DNA of 64,000 nucleotides from Candidatus Babelota bacterium (GTDB lineage: Bacteria > Babelota > Babeliae > Babelales > Vermiphilaceae). Below, piece by piece: positions 30,786 through 41,633 of the stretch. Positions within the stretch are counted from its first letter, which is position 1; every line of letters begins with the position of its first letter. The DNA lies in contig JBMOLF010000011.1 in NCBI GenBank assembly GCA_049325595.1, positions 1 to 64,000 on the forward strand. Direction: 5' to 3'. The position numbers were made by a program, and so were the translations under genes. The notes beneath the pieces are model-generated. The model saw nothing but the letters and a program-made list of their open reading frames with translations. It did no database searches and was not told where the DNA came from.

Positions 30786-31523
30786 TTATTGTACTATTTT
30801 TTGAATTAACTTTAGCAATGATAAATCAAGTGGCCGTGGTTGTAAAAATTTTGATAAATCATAGGGATTAATACCATAATTATATAAATACACAAAGTGA
30901 TTGTACAAACCTTCAAATTGTTTTTTAGCTAATGGTTTTTGTATGTGTATGTTATCAATTACTTTAGTATCGCAGGCAAGGACTAAATCTTGGCCAGGAA
31001 CATAAAAATAATAACTCAATAAGGCGTTATTCCCTTCACGTAATTTATTTAAGCCTAGTTTAGTTACCACCATTTCTTTATTTGATGAACTTGCATTAGC
31101 TGCATGCGTATTGTATTTTTCTGAAAGCTTAATAAAAGCATTGAGCGCTGTTAAATTAAAGCAGGGAAGTTCTTCAACAGTTTGTTCTTTGCCTTCTTCA
31201 TTGTACCATTGAACTGTATTATCAGCATTTATCCGCAAACGCCCTTCTCCCCTTCCTTGAATATGCAGCTTGTAAATACGCTTGAATAATACATCTGAAA
31301 AAAATTTAACATACAGCGATCTCTGCTTAGTATCATCGATTAATGGACAGGCTATCTTTCTGAACTTTCCATAAATTGGAATTTCTGCTGTATGTTTCTG
31401 AGCCAAATCTTCAGCATCATAGGCAATCAAAGTAATGGTGCTACTTGGTATTGGCTCTTGCGCAATACTATTTTTTATAAATAAAGAGGTACTAACCAAC
31501 AAAGCCCTAATAAATATATTCAT
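30786..31523 (-). CDS. Secreted hypothetical protein, family paralog B
   Basis: AEIPIYGKFRKIACP; start moved to MNIFIR. Confidence 0.65.
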   Translation of the reverse strand: MNIFIRALLVSTSLFIKNSIAQEPIPSSTITLIAYDAEDLAQKHTAEIPIYGKFRKIACPLIDDTKQRSLYVKFFSDVLFKRIYKLHIQGRGEGRLRINADNTVQWYNEEGKEQTVEELPCFNLTALNAFIKLSEKYNTHAANASSSNKEMVVTKLGLNKLREGNNALLSYYFYVPGQDLVLACDTKVIDNIHIQKPLAKKQFEGLYNHFVYLYNYGINPYDLSKFLQPRPLDLSLLKLIQKIVQ

Positions 31524-31599
31524 AGCAACCTTTTTATAAAACATTATATTAATTGGTGCTTATCTTATCATAGCGCACTAAAATTCACCAAAAAACAAA

Positions 31600-32262
31600 C
31601 TATTGCAGTTGTGCAATATCATGCATGGTATGAAGTGGCAAGGGCTCTATGTCATCATGAATGCCCATAGCATACAGCTCATTTAATCGCGCTTTTATAA
31701 AGCCAATATGCAATGCCTCAATTGGCGCTAATTCAAGATATCGGGTTGCTATTGGAAGCTCGACGTCAAATTCATGAATACAATCTTTTTCTCTATCAGG
31801 GGCGTAAAATGTAATAAGTGTATTTTTAGGTGCTGCAAAAAAATTACTAAACTTATCCAACAAGCTATTTTTTTCTTCTACTGCTCTACCCTTATATTTC
31901 ACAGAACTTATAATAGACTCTCGTGGGAAATAAGCTGCTAAGGTTTTTAACGCAATAATATCAAATGGACTCTTTCTACAACTATTACCTAACAAATCAA
32001 ATCCTTCCTTTTCTTCCGATTGTGGATTTAACAAGCGTCCAAATAATTCTTTTAGCGCATTTACATCACTTTGGTATATCCGAGGCAAAATAATTGCCCT
32101 ACTTTTGTTAATTATGGGTATTTCAATTTGAGCTGAATTACGCAATGGATTTTCTTTGTACGGCACGAAAAAGTTTATAACGCAAGAACTCTCAAACGGT
32201 TTTTCTAAAGCTTGTGTTGTAGATAATTGGATAATACAAAATAATACTAATAAGCGCTTCAT
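31600..32262 (-). CDS. Secreted hypothetical protein, family paralog C
   Basis: IEIPIINKSRAIILP. Confidence 0.65.
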   Translation of the reverse strand: MKRLLVLFCIIQLSTTQALEKPFESSCVINFFVPYKENPLRNSAQIEIPIINKSRAIILPRIYQSDVNALKELFGRLLNPQSEEKEGFDLLGNSCRKSPFDIIALKTLAAYFPRESIISSVKYKGRAVEEKNSLLDKFSNFFAAPKNTLITFYAPDREKDCIHEFDVELPIATRYLELAPIEALHIGFIKARLNELYAMGIHDDIEPLPLHTMHDIAQLQ

Positions 32263-32277
32263 ACTACTCTCTTAAAT

Positions 32278-32598
32278 TTAGTTATTTTTTAAAATTAATG
32301 TTATCGCTATTGCAGCTAATGCCGGTATTCCAAGTCCTAATGCAACGGTTCCCGGAGCAGGTGATAAAAAGCCATAATGAGTATGTTGCTCGCGGGGTTG
32401 TTTTGCATACATTAAAACTTCTTTATGATTGGCTTTGTTTTCTGCCTGAATGTCTTTCAGTTGCTTGCTGAGCTTATCAATTTTCTGTTTTAATTGGTTA
32501 ACTTCCTCTAACAAAAGCTTTGATTCGACTGACTCATGCGCCATAAGCGGCTGACTTAATATGCTTGTTGCTATTAATAAGCTGAAAATTATTTTCAT
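32278..32598 (-). CDS. Small protein: signal peptide, coiled coil, C-terminal TM anchor
   Basis: Hydropathy pattern; start moved to MKIIFS. Confidence 0.65.
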   Translation of the reverse strand: MKIIFSLLIATSILSQPLMAHESVESKLLLEEVNQLKQKIDKLSKQLKDIQAENKANHKEVLMYAKQPREQHTHYGFLSPAPGTVALGLGIPALAAIAITLILKNN

Positions 32599-32624
32599 AA
32601 AATAGTCCTTTAACAAATACGGTA

Positions 32625-33344
32625 TTATTTCTTTTTATCTTTTATTTCTTTATAAACCTTTGCAGCGGATAAAAATGGTTCTAGTTGTTTTTCTTTTGAG
32701 GGCTCTAATTTTTCGGCTGTCGCTGCAATGTTATCCAAATCTATTGGTTCATAGACATCATTAATATATTTATTGAATATATTATGTATTCCGAAAGCAA
32801 TCTCTTTAAACTCATATTGCGTTACTGGATAAGCAAAATTTAATTGACGAGAAGCAGTAAAAGGAACAGTAAAATCAAAAGAGCGATTTAAAGAAGTTAC
32901 ATATTGCCTAAATTTAAAGCAGATCGGTGAATTTAGATATAAAGTTTGTTCATCGTTTACTGAATTCTTTATGTTAGAGGTAAATTTTTTTTTAAAACAA
33001 GAAAGTAAATCAAGTCCAACGCTAAAGCCTATGCCTTCGGTATAATAGTCCATAAAATTTTGCAAATCTTTTGGCTCGCCTTTTTTTATTTTACTACATT
33101 CTTTTTTATCAAATGAGTAGATTAAACTCTCACAGCAGGTTTTGGCTATTTCTCCGGCATCTTCACCATCAGGCAACTGTATGGTGCGATCACCAGGCAA
33201 AATAGGAATTCGGGCTCGTAAAATTTTGCCTGGCTTCATCAAATTAGGAGCGGTAATACAAACTTGTAAGGGTTCTTGATTTTGTTTTGAATCCATAGCT
33301 ACAAGAGCGGTTGTACTTGCCAAAAGAAGTAATAATTTTTTCAT
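32625..33344 (-). CDS. Secreted hypothetical protein, family paralog D
   Basis: LVA-MD; ARIPILPGDRTIQLP. Confidence 0.65.
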   Translation of the reverse strand: MKKLLLLLASTTALVAMDSKQNQEPLQVCITAPNLMKPGKILRARIPILPGDRTIQLPDGEDAGEIAKTCCESLIYSFDKKECSKIKKGEPKDLQNFMDYYTEGIGFSVGLDLLSCFKKKFTSNIKNSVNDEQTLYLNSPICFKFRQYVTSLNRSFDFTVPFTASRQLNFAYPVTQYEFKEIAFGIHNIFNKYINDVYEPIDLDNIAATAEKLEPSKEKQLEPFLSAAKVYKEIKDKKK

Positions 33345-33392
33345 GCAGATCCTTAAAAAAATAAACCGTTGCTAAGTGCATATCTAAAATAC

Positions 33393-33430
33393 AAAAAAAA
33401 CCGCTGAGATACAAAAGTATTCAGCGGTTT
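33393..33430 (-). terminator. typA terminator
   Basis: AAACCGCTGA/TCAGCGGTTT stem with a U tract on the minus strand. Confidence 0.75.
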
Positions 33431-33452
33431 AAATTAATAAGAAAAATTAATA

Positions 33453-35246
33453 TTACTTACGCAATGCAGCACGTAATATTTTTTTACGAAGACGAATATG
33501 AGTTGGAGTAACCTCAATCAATTCATCGGGACGAATCCATTCCATGCAGGTTTCAAGTTCCATTACACGTGGTGGTTGCAACTTGATAGCTTCATCGGTA
33601 CCCGATGCACGCATGTTGGTTAATTTCTTTTCTTTGCATGGGTTAACATCCATATCACCTTCACGGCTATTTTCACCGATGATCATACCTTCGTACACTT
33701 CATCGCCAGGACGCACAAACAAAATACCACGTTCTTGCAAGTTGTCTAATGCAAAACCAGTAACTTCACCTTGCTCCATAGACACCATTGCACCCTTGAT
33801 ACGAGTTTGGATATCACCTTTATATGGTTGATAGCCTGCAAAGCTAAAGTTCATAATACCGTTACCACGCGTATCGGTTAAGAACTGGCTTCTAAACCCA
33901 AGCAATGCACGAGACGGCAATTCGTATTCTAAACGCATACGACCATCATCAAAGGTAACCATGTTAATCATTTGCGCTTTGCGACGCCCCATGTTTTCCA
34001 TAACAACGCCTTGGCTTTCTTGTGGGATATCAAGCATTACGCGCTCGATTGGTTCACACTTAACACCATCGATTGTTTTGTAAATAACTTCAGGTGCTGA
34101 AAGTTGCAATTCAAAGCCTTCACGACGCATGTTTTCTACCAATACACCTAAGTGTAATTGACCACGGCCAGATACCTTGAATGATTCTGGTGAGTTGGTT
34201 GGCTCTACACGCAATGCAACGTTTACACGTAATTCTTTATCAAGACGATCTTTTAAATGACGCGAAGTTAAGAATGTACCTTCTCTACCGCTAAATGGAG
34301 AATCGTTTACCGAGAAGTAAATAGACACAGTAGGCTCATCAACTTTCACATAGGTATATGGTAGTGGATGCCCAACTTCACAAAGCGTTGTACCTATTTC
34401 AATTGGCTTTTCAAATCCAGTAACGGCAATAATGTCACCGTAGTTAGCCTCTGTCGCTTCTACTTTGTTTAATCCCAAAAATTTAAAAATTTTGGTAATA
34501 CGAGTTGGCGCGCTTACTTTATCGTCTTTGCAGCAAATTACTTGCTGACCAACTTTAAGTGATCCGCTAAACATACGACCAATTGCTATTGGCCCAAGGA
34601 AATCTGAGTGATCAAGGCTGGTTGTTAAAAATTGTAAATGGTCCGCTTTAGGTGTTGGTGCAGGAATATGTTTTAAAATTGCATCAAACAAAGGCTCCAT
34701 ATCACCTTCACGAACAGAAGAATCTCTAGAAACATAGCCACTTCGACCTGAACCATAAAGCAATGGGAACTCTAATTGACTTTCATCAGTAGCCAAATCT
34801 AAGAATAGGTCATTGATAAGACCTTCAGTTTTTTCTATATCTGCGTCTTTACGATCAATCTTATTAATCAATACAATAGGTCTTAAATTGAGCGCCAATG
34901 CTTTGCCTAATACAAAGCGGGTTCCTGGCAATACCCCTTCTGCTGCATCGACTAAGAGCAAGAAGCCTTCAACCATTTGAAGGGTACGCTCAACCTCACC
35001 ACCAAAGTCACTGTGACCAGGGGTGTCGACGATATTGATGTTATAATCTTTATAATGAATACCGGTATTTTTTGCCAAAATAGTAATACCACGCTCACGC
35101 TCAAGAGCATTCGAGTCCATAACGCGATCAGCAGACTCTTCTTTAATAGTCCCTGATTGTTTGAGCAATTGGTCAACCAAAGTTGTTTTACCATGGTCAA
35201 CGTGGGCAATAATGGCTATATTGCGGATTTTTGAGCTATCGTTCAT
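33453..35246 (-). CDS. typA: Translational GTPase TypA/BipA
   Basis: AHVDHGKTT, RGITI, DTPGH, NKID, KKLTNMRASG. Confidence 0.97.
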   Translation of the reverse strand: MNDSSKIRNIAIIAHVDHGKTTLVDQLLKQSGTIKEESADRVMDSNALERERGITILAKNTGIHYKDYNINIVDTPGHSDFGGEVERTLQMVEGFLLLVDAAEGVLPGTRFVLGKALALNLRPIVLINKIDRKDADIEKTEGLINDLFLDLATDESQLEFPLLYGSGRSGYVSRDSSVREGDMEPLFDAILKHIPAPTPKADHLQFLTTSLDHSDFLGPIAIGRMFSGSLKVGQQVICCKDDKVSAPTRITKIFKFLGLNKVEATEANYGDIIAVTGFEKPIEIGTTLCEVGHPLPYTYVKVDEPTVSIYFSVNDSPFSGREGTFLTSRHLKDRLDKELRVNVALRVEPTNSPESFKVSGRGQLHLGVLVENMRREGFELQLSAPEVIYKTIDGVKCEPIERVMLDIPQESQGVVMENMGRRKAQMINMVTFDDGRMRLEYELPSRALLGFRSQFLTDTRGNGIMNFSFAGYQPYKGDIQTRIKGAMVSMEQGEVTGFALDNLQERGILFVRPGDEVYEGMIIGENSREGDMDVNPCKEKKLTNMRASGTDEAIKLQPPRVMELETCMEWIRPDELIEVTPTHIRLRKKILRAALRK

Positions 35247-35421
35247 TGTTACATTACCTTGTTAATGGAATTTTATTAAAATGGCATCCAAACGAGCCGT
35301 GAGTAGTATAGCAGAAATGTCCGGATTGTTATTTTCTATTATAACAAAAAAAGCTATAAAATCCAGATGGAACCACCCATACTTATGGTGCATAATTATT
35401 CTTAATTTATTCTTAAAATTT

Positions 35422-35793
35422 CTATTCTTCAGAGTGAATTATGGCCTTAAGAGCACATTTATTTTTTTGTAAGCTTGCAGGCAAATAACCTTGCTCATAG
35501 ACATGCCATTGCCTTAATAAATATTTTTTTTGCATTTCAGCTTGGTAAAAAATTAAAAAACGGCCACAAAATGGGCGTTTCGGTTTTCTAGCGTTTACAT
35601 TATTTTGTTGCGGGGTGACCAGCAACTGAGCACTATTGCACACATGCACAGATGCTCCCATCCAGGCATTAAACTTATCTTTATTTTTTTTGCAAGAGCA
35701 ATCAAGCTTTTGCTGATGCACCACAGGCCTTTTTTCAGACATTCCATATAAAAAATTGCTGGTTAACAAACAAAGAATTACCGCTACAAACAT
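35422..35793 (-). CDS. Secreted basic hypothetical protein
   Basis: GAGG RBS; signal LYG-MSE. Confidence 0.55.
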   Translation of the reverse strand: MFVAVILCLLTSNFLYGMSEKRPVVHQQKLDCSCKKNKDKFNAWMGASVHVCNSAQLLVTPQQNNVNARKPKRPFCGRFLIFYQAEMQKKYLLRQWHVYEQGYLPASLQKNKCALKAIIHSEE

Positions 35794-35877
35794 AATAACC
35801 TCGTACCATGATGTTAATTAATGATACTTTGAAGATACTTATTATTTGGCAATAATCCAATATTCCTCAAAAAACAG

Positions 35878-37005
35878 TTAAATTAAAGATTTTTCCCTGT
35901 TTTTGAATACATCTAAGATTCGTTGCTTGAGATTCGTTTTTTGCTGATAACATCCAAAAGCAGTAAGCATATGGACAACTTTTTCATTTCTTTTTTTATA
36001 ATCATCTACTCGAGATTGTGCTTTATTAAACATAGGCTTCAAAGGATCAATTACAATTGCGCTATCTTGAATAATATTTTCTTGGTGAGCAGTTAAACTA
36101 TCTTTCTTTTGTAGAAAGGTAACGTGAGTGGTAAAAGTTTTAATCAATTGTAATGTTTTTTGTTCAGTTATTTTATAAAGATTGGTTCCATTAATAAGTA
36201 AAAGCTCAGGATTGTTATGCGATTGAAGTATGGAATCAACTTTATATTTTAATTTAAAACAAACAGCATCATACCGTTCTTTATTTTTCTCAAGCAACCA
36301 TAATTTATGATCACTATCAATTCCCCATAATGCTTCAGCCGCTAATTGTTGTTTATTGTATGCCAAGTATTTATACACTACCGGCACCGAGTAAGATTTC
36401 ACATCAAATGTTTGTCTTGCTTGATCGTAACGGCTAACGGTTATCTTAGGTTCTTTTGTTTTTGCCGGCTCCATGCCAACAAAAATATTTTTAAAAGGGT
36501 GCATACATTTAAAAGCATGCTCTTTGCTAAAATGTTCATTTACATTCACAGCAAATGATGAAACCGAACCATCTCCTGTCTCTTGTATATACGGCACATT
36601 AAAACTGGTAAAGTCAAATAGATAATTATTAAGTAAAATCATACCATTTTTATTGGGGCCCAATCGCCATAAGGGTTTTTTAAGCTCATTATTATGAGAT
36701 GAGTATAAAAAATATAAAAGTCGATTTTTTTTATAATACGTTTGCAAATTATTAATTCCCCGAGTAACAAAATGAACGTCTTGATTTAAAGCTTTTTTCA
36801 GAGAACTCGGAATTTTTTTAAGATAAACAAGCGCCAGCAATTGCGGACAATATTCCGGCATAATTTTATGCAAGCACTCTTCAGGCAAATTTTTAACATT
36901 AACTAATAGTTGTGCAGTTTCATAATCAGATAATTGAGCAGTATTTTGTTCTGAGCCAAGAATTATGCTGCTTATGCAGCAAATGAATATTATTATTTTT
37001 TTCAT
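35878..37005 (-). CDS. Secreted F-box-like protein (GPN family)
   Basis: NLPEECLHKIM; LGPNKNG; start moved to MKKIII. Confidence 0.6.
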   Translation of the reverse strand: MKKIIIFICCISSIILGSEQNTAQLSDYETAQLLVNVKNLPEECLHKIMPEYCPQLLALVYLKKIPSSLKKALNQDVHFVTRGINNLQTYYKKNRLLYFLYSSHNNELKKPLWRLGPNKNGMILLNNYLFDFTSFNVPYIQETGDGSVSSFAVNVNEHFSKEHAFKCMHPFKNIFVGMEPAKTKEPKITVSRYDQARQTFDVKSYSVPVVYKYLAYNKQQLAAEALWGIDSDHKLWLLEKNKERYDAVCFKLKYKVDSILQSHNNPELLLINGTNLYKITEQKTLQLIKTFTTHVTFLQKKDSLTAHQENIIQDSAIVIDPLKPMFNKAQSRVDDYKKRNEKVVHMLTAFGCYQQKTNLKQRILDVFKNREKSLI

Positions 37006-37153
37006 AATTACCTCCATTTAAGTTATTAACAGTAATTATAAAATATTAAATAAAAATCTCAATGAGAAAATTATTTAAAAAATAATAAAGCGATGATTGG
37101 CAGTAGCAATTTGCATGTTTTTCAATTAACTAGACAGCTTATTTGTTTTGAAT

Positions 37154-37178
37154 AAAAAAAGGGGCAAAAAATGCCCCT
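37154..37178 (-). terminator. Intrinsic terminator
   Basis: AGGGGCA/TGCCCCT stem with a U tract. Confidence 0.7.
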
Positions 37179-37186
37179 CCTGTAGA

Positions 37187-38959
37187 TTATGCAATTGCTA
37201 ATCCCAGACCTAAAATATCTTTATCGGGCATGAGTTCTAATATTGATTGCATGCAAGCTATGCCAGGTACTAGTTTAAACTGGCTTTGGGCATTTCTTTG
37301 CGCAACCTCAACTTTATAATTCGAAAAAGAATGGGTGGCATCTGCCAATTCGGTTAATTTAGGAAAATGGGTTGCAGCCATTACCATGGTATTTGGCGAA
37401 CTTCCAAGGTAACTTAACATCTGGCAAGACAAGTCTTGTCCTGTTTCAAACACAGTGCTATTAAACAATTCATCAAGCGCGATAAAGGCAAATTGATTTT
37501 GAGGCAATGTTTTCACCGAAGAAATTATTGCTTGCGCGCGGTTTACTGAAGCGCTGAATAGTGAATGCCCACCAACTAAATCATCGGTGATATTCATTGC
37601 TGTTTTAATAACAGCAAAAGGAGTCAACGTTAATTGTTGTGCTGGCGCAATGCCTATTGTTTGTCCAAGCACAATACAGTCGGCAATAGCTTTTATGGCG
37701 GTAGACTTGCCCCCTTTATTAGGGCCTGTTACTACCATTGACCGTGGCTTGCAAGAACCACCAAGCTCAATACTATTTGGGGTTGCGCTATCTATAAATG
37801 GATTCCAAAAATTAGTTGCTGCAATTAGTGGTGTTGGATTTTCTGCATAATCAACAAAGGTATAAGGAGTCTGTGCATCTTTGTATTCTTGCATAAGATA
37901 GGCGGCTGAAAGATATGCATCAAGCTCTCCTATTGGTTGCAGTAAATTATAAAGCTCATCTTTCACTTCGTACATTAAATGATACGCAGCTAAAATGTTA
38001 CCACTGCGAGAAAAAAATGATGGCTTGCCCGTAAAAGTACGGCTTGAAATAAGTCGCAAAAATTGAGCAAGCTCTGGAGAAATAGCTTTTTCTTTATGCT
38101 CAAACAAATATCTTAATTTATTATATGAAGGAATACCCTCAGCCAAAATAGCATTTTCTTCTATAGCTTTTAACAATCTTAAGCCGCTATCAAGACATGC
38201 ACGCACCCCAATAAGCTCTTCTTGCATGTGCGATAAAATTCTATTTTTTTGGCGAATATGGTCGTACAATCCTTTTAAACCCATTACATGTATGCCCATA
38301 TGAGCAGCATTATATATTTGATACCCAACTTTGGCAGCCGTTGAGGTGTGATGATTATGATCGCAATGATCGTGTTTGCCATGCCCATGGGGATGAGCAG
38401 CACATTTAAAACCGAGTTTATCCTGTAATTTTTCACTAATAAAAAAATGGAGTACAAAATGTTCAAACACCGGTAAGAATAAGTTACCAATATAAAGCAC
38501 TTGCCCCACGTCAAGCCCTAAAGGACTTTTATTGTATTTTTTGAGTGAACCATTTTGGTAATAAAACTCTTTGAGCGCAATTGTTTTTAATTGGTCAGGT
38601 TGTTGCCAAAATTGATTAAGATACGGCTCATGATCTGCAAAATGACTAAGATCTTTTTCTATGCGCGATCTTAATGCTTCATTTTCTAGCAATTCCTTAA
38701 TTACCTGTTGACGTTGTTTAAGCAATGATACATTTGTTGTTGGTCGTTTTAGCATTTTTTTAAGCCTACGCTTACCGCATTCGCTGTGGGTATAATCAAG
38801 ATACGAAAATAAACCGGGCGAACCATTGTGCGTTGTGAATAATTCCAGATCGCGAATTTCGTGATCACCAAGTTTTTGTTGATGAACTTGGGCCATTACT
38901 TGACCATTTAACGACAAAACCAGCATAAAACAACACGAAACACGGTATGAACACATCAT
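37187..38959 (-). CDS. MutS-related ATPase (domains III and V) with signal peptide and His-rich insert
   Basis: GKRRLKKML..P, GELDAYLS, TGPNKGGKST, SLF, LDELF, ATHF. Confidence 0.85.
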   Translation of the reverse strand: MMCSYRVSCCFMLVLSLNGQVMAQVHQQKLGDHEIRDLELFTTHNGSPGLFSYLDYTHSECGKRRLKKMLKRPTTNVSLLKQRQQVIKELLENEALRSRIEKDLSHFADHEPYLNQFWQQPDQLKTIALKEFYYQNGSLKKYNKSPLGLDVGQVLYIGNLFLPVFEHFVLHFFISEKLQDKLGFKCAAHPHGHGKHDHCDHNHHTSTAAKVGYQIYNAAHMGIHVMGLKGLYDHIRQKNRILSHMQEELIGVRACLDSGLRLLKAIEENAILAEGIPSYNKLRYLFEHKEKAISPELAQFLRLISSRTFTGKPSFFSRSGNILAAYHLMYEVKDELYNLLQPIGELDAYLSAAYLMQEYKDAQTPYTFVDYAENPTPLIAATNFWNPFIDSATPNSIELGGSCKPRSMVVTGPNKGGKSTAIKAIADCIVLGQTIGIAPAQQLTLTPFAVIKTAMNITDDLVGGHSLFSASVNRAQAIISSVKTLPQNQFAFIALDELFNSTVFETGQDLSCQMLSYLGSSPNTMVMAATHFPKLTELADATHSFSNYKVEVAQRNAQSQFKLVPGIACMQSILELMPDKDILGLGLAIA

Positions 38960-39180
38960 CGTGAGTCTCCTAAAAAAAGAATAATAGTATGTTTATAAAA
39001 ATGAAGAACAGGAAAATTATAGACGGGTATTTTTTGCAAGCATCATACAAAGAAATACAAAACCACTCATTTTTTTTAGTTCTTGCACTAATTAAAGATA
39101 AAGACTTTTGTAAAACAGGCAAGTTTAGTTATGTAAGTTTTCGTAGTTGCGTAAAACTCAAAACTTTTTAAACAATAATC

Positions 39181-40149
39181 TCATTTTAAAGTAAGCTTAT
39201 GATAGATTTCATTGTTTTTGTATTGCTCAAAATTTTCTTTTGCTTGTTGCAAGCATTCAGCAATAGTTTGCACTGATAGTAAAAAATTAGGCTTTAATTG
39301 ATGATGCGGATTGTAAGATGAACATTGAGGTTCATTTATAAATTTTACATATCCTCTGAAAATAGATAATAATTGAGTAGACTTTAAATCAAATAACAAT
39401 GTTTTCCATCCCCAGGAGGTACAACAGCATAATTTCACAAAAGAAGGATAATTTTGGCAATAGGTCATATCTGTTACTAAATGTATTTGGCCAGACTTTG
39501 CATTTCTTTTCAAACTATTTTCTATTACTGCATTTGCTATCAGCACGCGACTTGTAACGCTTTTATCTTTCTTAAGCAGATGCTCTTCAATGCCACTTTT
39601 TGAATAAGTAATTACCATATTTTTAGCCTTAAAAAGAGCGGCCGCAATATTTTCTTTAAGAACAATGATATGTTGCGGATTAATTGTTCCCTTATCACGA
39701 TCGTATTCAAATATGCGCATATCTTTTTCTCTGGCTTGGATCCATCTATTTTGTGCGAAATCAATTGCATATACAAAATATCCACAAGGTAAAGCGCTGT
39801 CATATTGGTTGGTTTTTAAGTTTTGAAAATCATACAAGCGGCTAGAAGATACTATAATGCCATTTTTATTAGGACCAACTATTAAATTTTCTTGTTTAAC
39901 ATTTTCTTTTTGAGAATCAGTTAACATCTCATCTTGCTGTGATAGATTGGTAATTTTTTTAATACAAAGTCTTACATCTGATCTATAATTATCATCAGCA
40001 TAACACCAAATTTTTTCTTGCAATTCTTGGGGCAATTGAAAAAATTTTTCAAAAAAAGAAATTGCTTCACCTCTATTCCATTGTCCATTTTTATGCTCCA
40101 TGCTCTGAAGCTTTATACCTAATAATAATATTAATATTATCTTGCTCAT
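39181..40149 (-). CDS. Secreted F-box-like protein (GPN family)
   Basis: QS-ME; QLPQELQEKIW; VGPNKNG. Confidence 0.62.
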   Translation of the reverse strand: MSKIILILLLGIKLQSMEHKNGQWNRGEAISFFEKFFQLPQELQEKIWCYADDNYRSDVRLCIKKITNLSQQDEMLTDSQKENVKQENLIVGPNKNGIIVSSSRLYDFQNLKTNQYDSALPCGYFVYAIDFAQNRWIQAREKDMRIFEYDRDKGTINPQHIIVLKENIAAALFKAKNMVITYSKSGIEEHLLKKDKSVTSRVLIANAVIENSLKRNAKSGQIHLVTDMTYCQNYPSFVKLCCCTSWGWKTLLFDLKSTQLLSIFRGYVKFINEPQCSSYNPHHQLKPNFLLSVQTIAECLQQAKENFEQYKNNEIYHKLTLK

Positions 40150-40241
40150 AAAAAATGCCTCTTTTTTTATAAATAAGATAGCATCTTATAAGTGCTGAGT
40201 GTTATCAATTCATTTTACGCAATTGATTAAATGCAGAATTT

Positions 40242-41519
40242 TTAAGGCAATAATCTTTGGCTTGTAGCCCCTGCATCTATTTTTTGTTGATAATTATTTC
40301 GGATTTGTGCAACAAAGTTGTCCAGGGGAACAAAACGCAATAATTTTGGAGGCATGTTATCTAAATTTCTCTCATTATTAATTTGTCCTGAACAACGACG
40401 CGTAAGCAAAGAATCAAATAATCCTATTTTCTCTAAAAAAAATGAAGTCGGAATTAGTTGATCTCCTGTATATTTACATAAAAGCGCCGCTTCTTTTTTG
40501 TTTTTTGCAACATCATTAGTATACGCAATATGCACTAACACACGCGTTGGATCTGATAGAGAAATTTCTATATCATTTATCATTGCATTGTTTACTGGGC
40601 ATGATAAAAGTGTTAAATAGCGAGTTACAAACTCATTGGTAAGCAAAGTTTTAATAATAATATTTTTAGGATTGCCCCTAATTACTGTTATTACATTATC
40701 AATCTCTTTAGAGGGATCAACAACTTCTTTAACTAGAACTACTGCTTTATTCTTTAATTCAATGCCAAGCCATTGGTCTGCACAAAGTATATCATAGTGC
40801 AGTTTTTTCAAATAAATATCGGCAAGAACCGCTCCCGTAAGAACACTCCTACATATAAGAGAACGCTTAATTCCATCTTTTAAATCTCCTGCATTGAATG
40901 AAGTTACCATTTGACTATCGGTAATTCTTGGAATTACAGACCATTGCGTGGAGTTTGGATACAAAATTTTTTCATCGTTTTGCCCAGGAGCCCCAGAGTT
41001 ATGATTGACCTGATCAACAAGCTCTTGAATTGCTATTTTTTTATTTTCATCATAATAAAATTGGTAAACTCCTGAACCATAAACAAAATAGCCTTGCTTA
41101 TTAGGTCCACTCACTGATTTTTCCAAAAAAACAAAAGGATTTTTGAATTGAATATATTTTTTTAGATCTGGTACTTCGACGTGTGATTTTAATGAATAAT
41201 TTGAAGGTAAAGTATCTAAAAAATTTTTAAATCGCTTAGTTTGGAAAACGTTTCTGATACTAAACTCTTGCCAATATTCTTTTGCTTCTTGGGTTACTTG
41301 TTGTTCTGGTTGTGGTACGGGTACTGGCATAACAACAGATCCAAAATAGGTTGCTTCAGGAAAAGCATGTGTAATAATTTCGGTCGTTAGTTCTGGCGGT
41401 AATTCAGCAAGCAATTTATCCAATTTAAATTCATTATTTACTCGATGTTCATGGTCATTCTTTTCCATAGCAGGACAAGAAAAAATCATTAAAAGACTTA
41501 AAAAGACGTATTTATGCAT
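40242..41519 (-). CDS. Secreted F-box-like protein (GPN family)
   Basis: PA-ME; ELPPELTTEII; SGPNKQG. Confidence 0.62.
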   Translation of the reverse strand: MHKYVFLSLLMIFSCPAMEKNDHEHRVNNEFKLDKLLAELPPELTTEIITHAFPEATYFGSVVMPVPVPQPEQQVTQEAKEYWQEFSIRNVFQTKRFKNFLDTLPSNYSLKSHVEVPDLKKYIQFKNPFVFLEKSVSGPNKQGYFVYGSGVYQFYYDENKKIAIQELVDQVNHNSGAPGQNDEKILYPNSTQWSVIPRITDSQMVTSFNAGDLKDGIKRSLICRSVLTGAVLADIYLKKLHYDILCADQWLGIELKNKAVVLVKEVVDPSKEIDNVITVIRGNPKNIIIKTLLTNEFVTRYLTLLSCPVNNAMINDIEISLSDPTRVLVHIAYTNDVAKNKKEAALLCKYTGDQLIPTSFFLEKIGLFDSLLTRRCSGQINNERNLDNMPPKLLRFVPLDNFVAQIRNNYQQKIDAGATSQRLLP

Positions 41520-41633
41520 AATAATCCCTGTTAAATTGTTTGCGTTACATTATAAAGCGAATGCGATTATTTTGAACATAAAAACCCGTTTGTTACAGCG
41601 AGTTTTTACCTGAATTTTCTGGCAACTGTGTTA

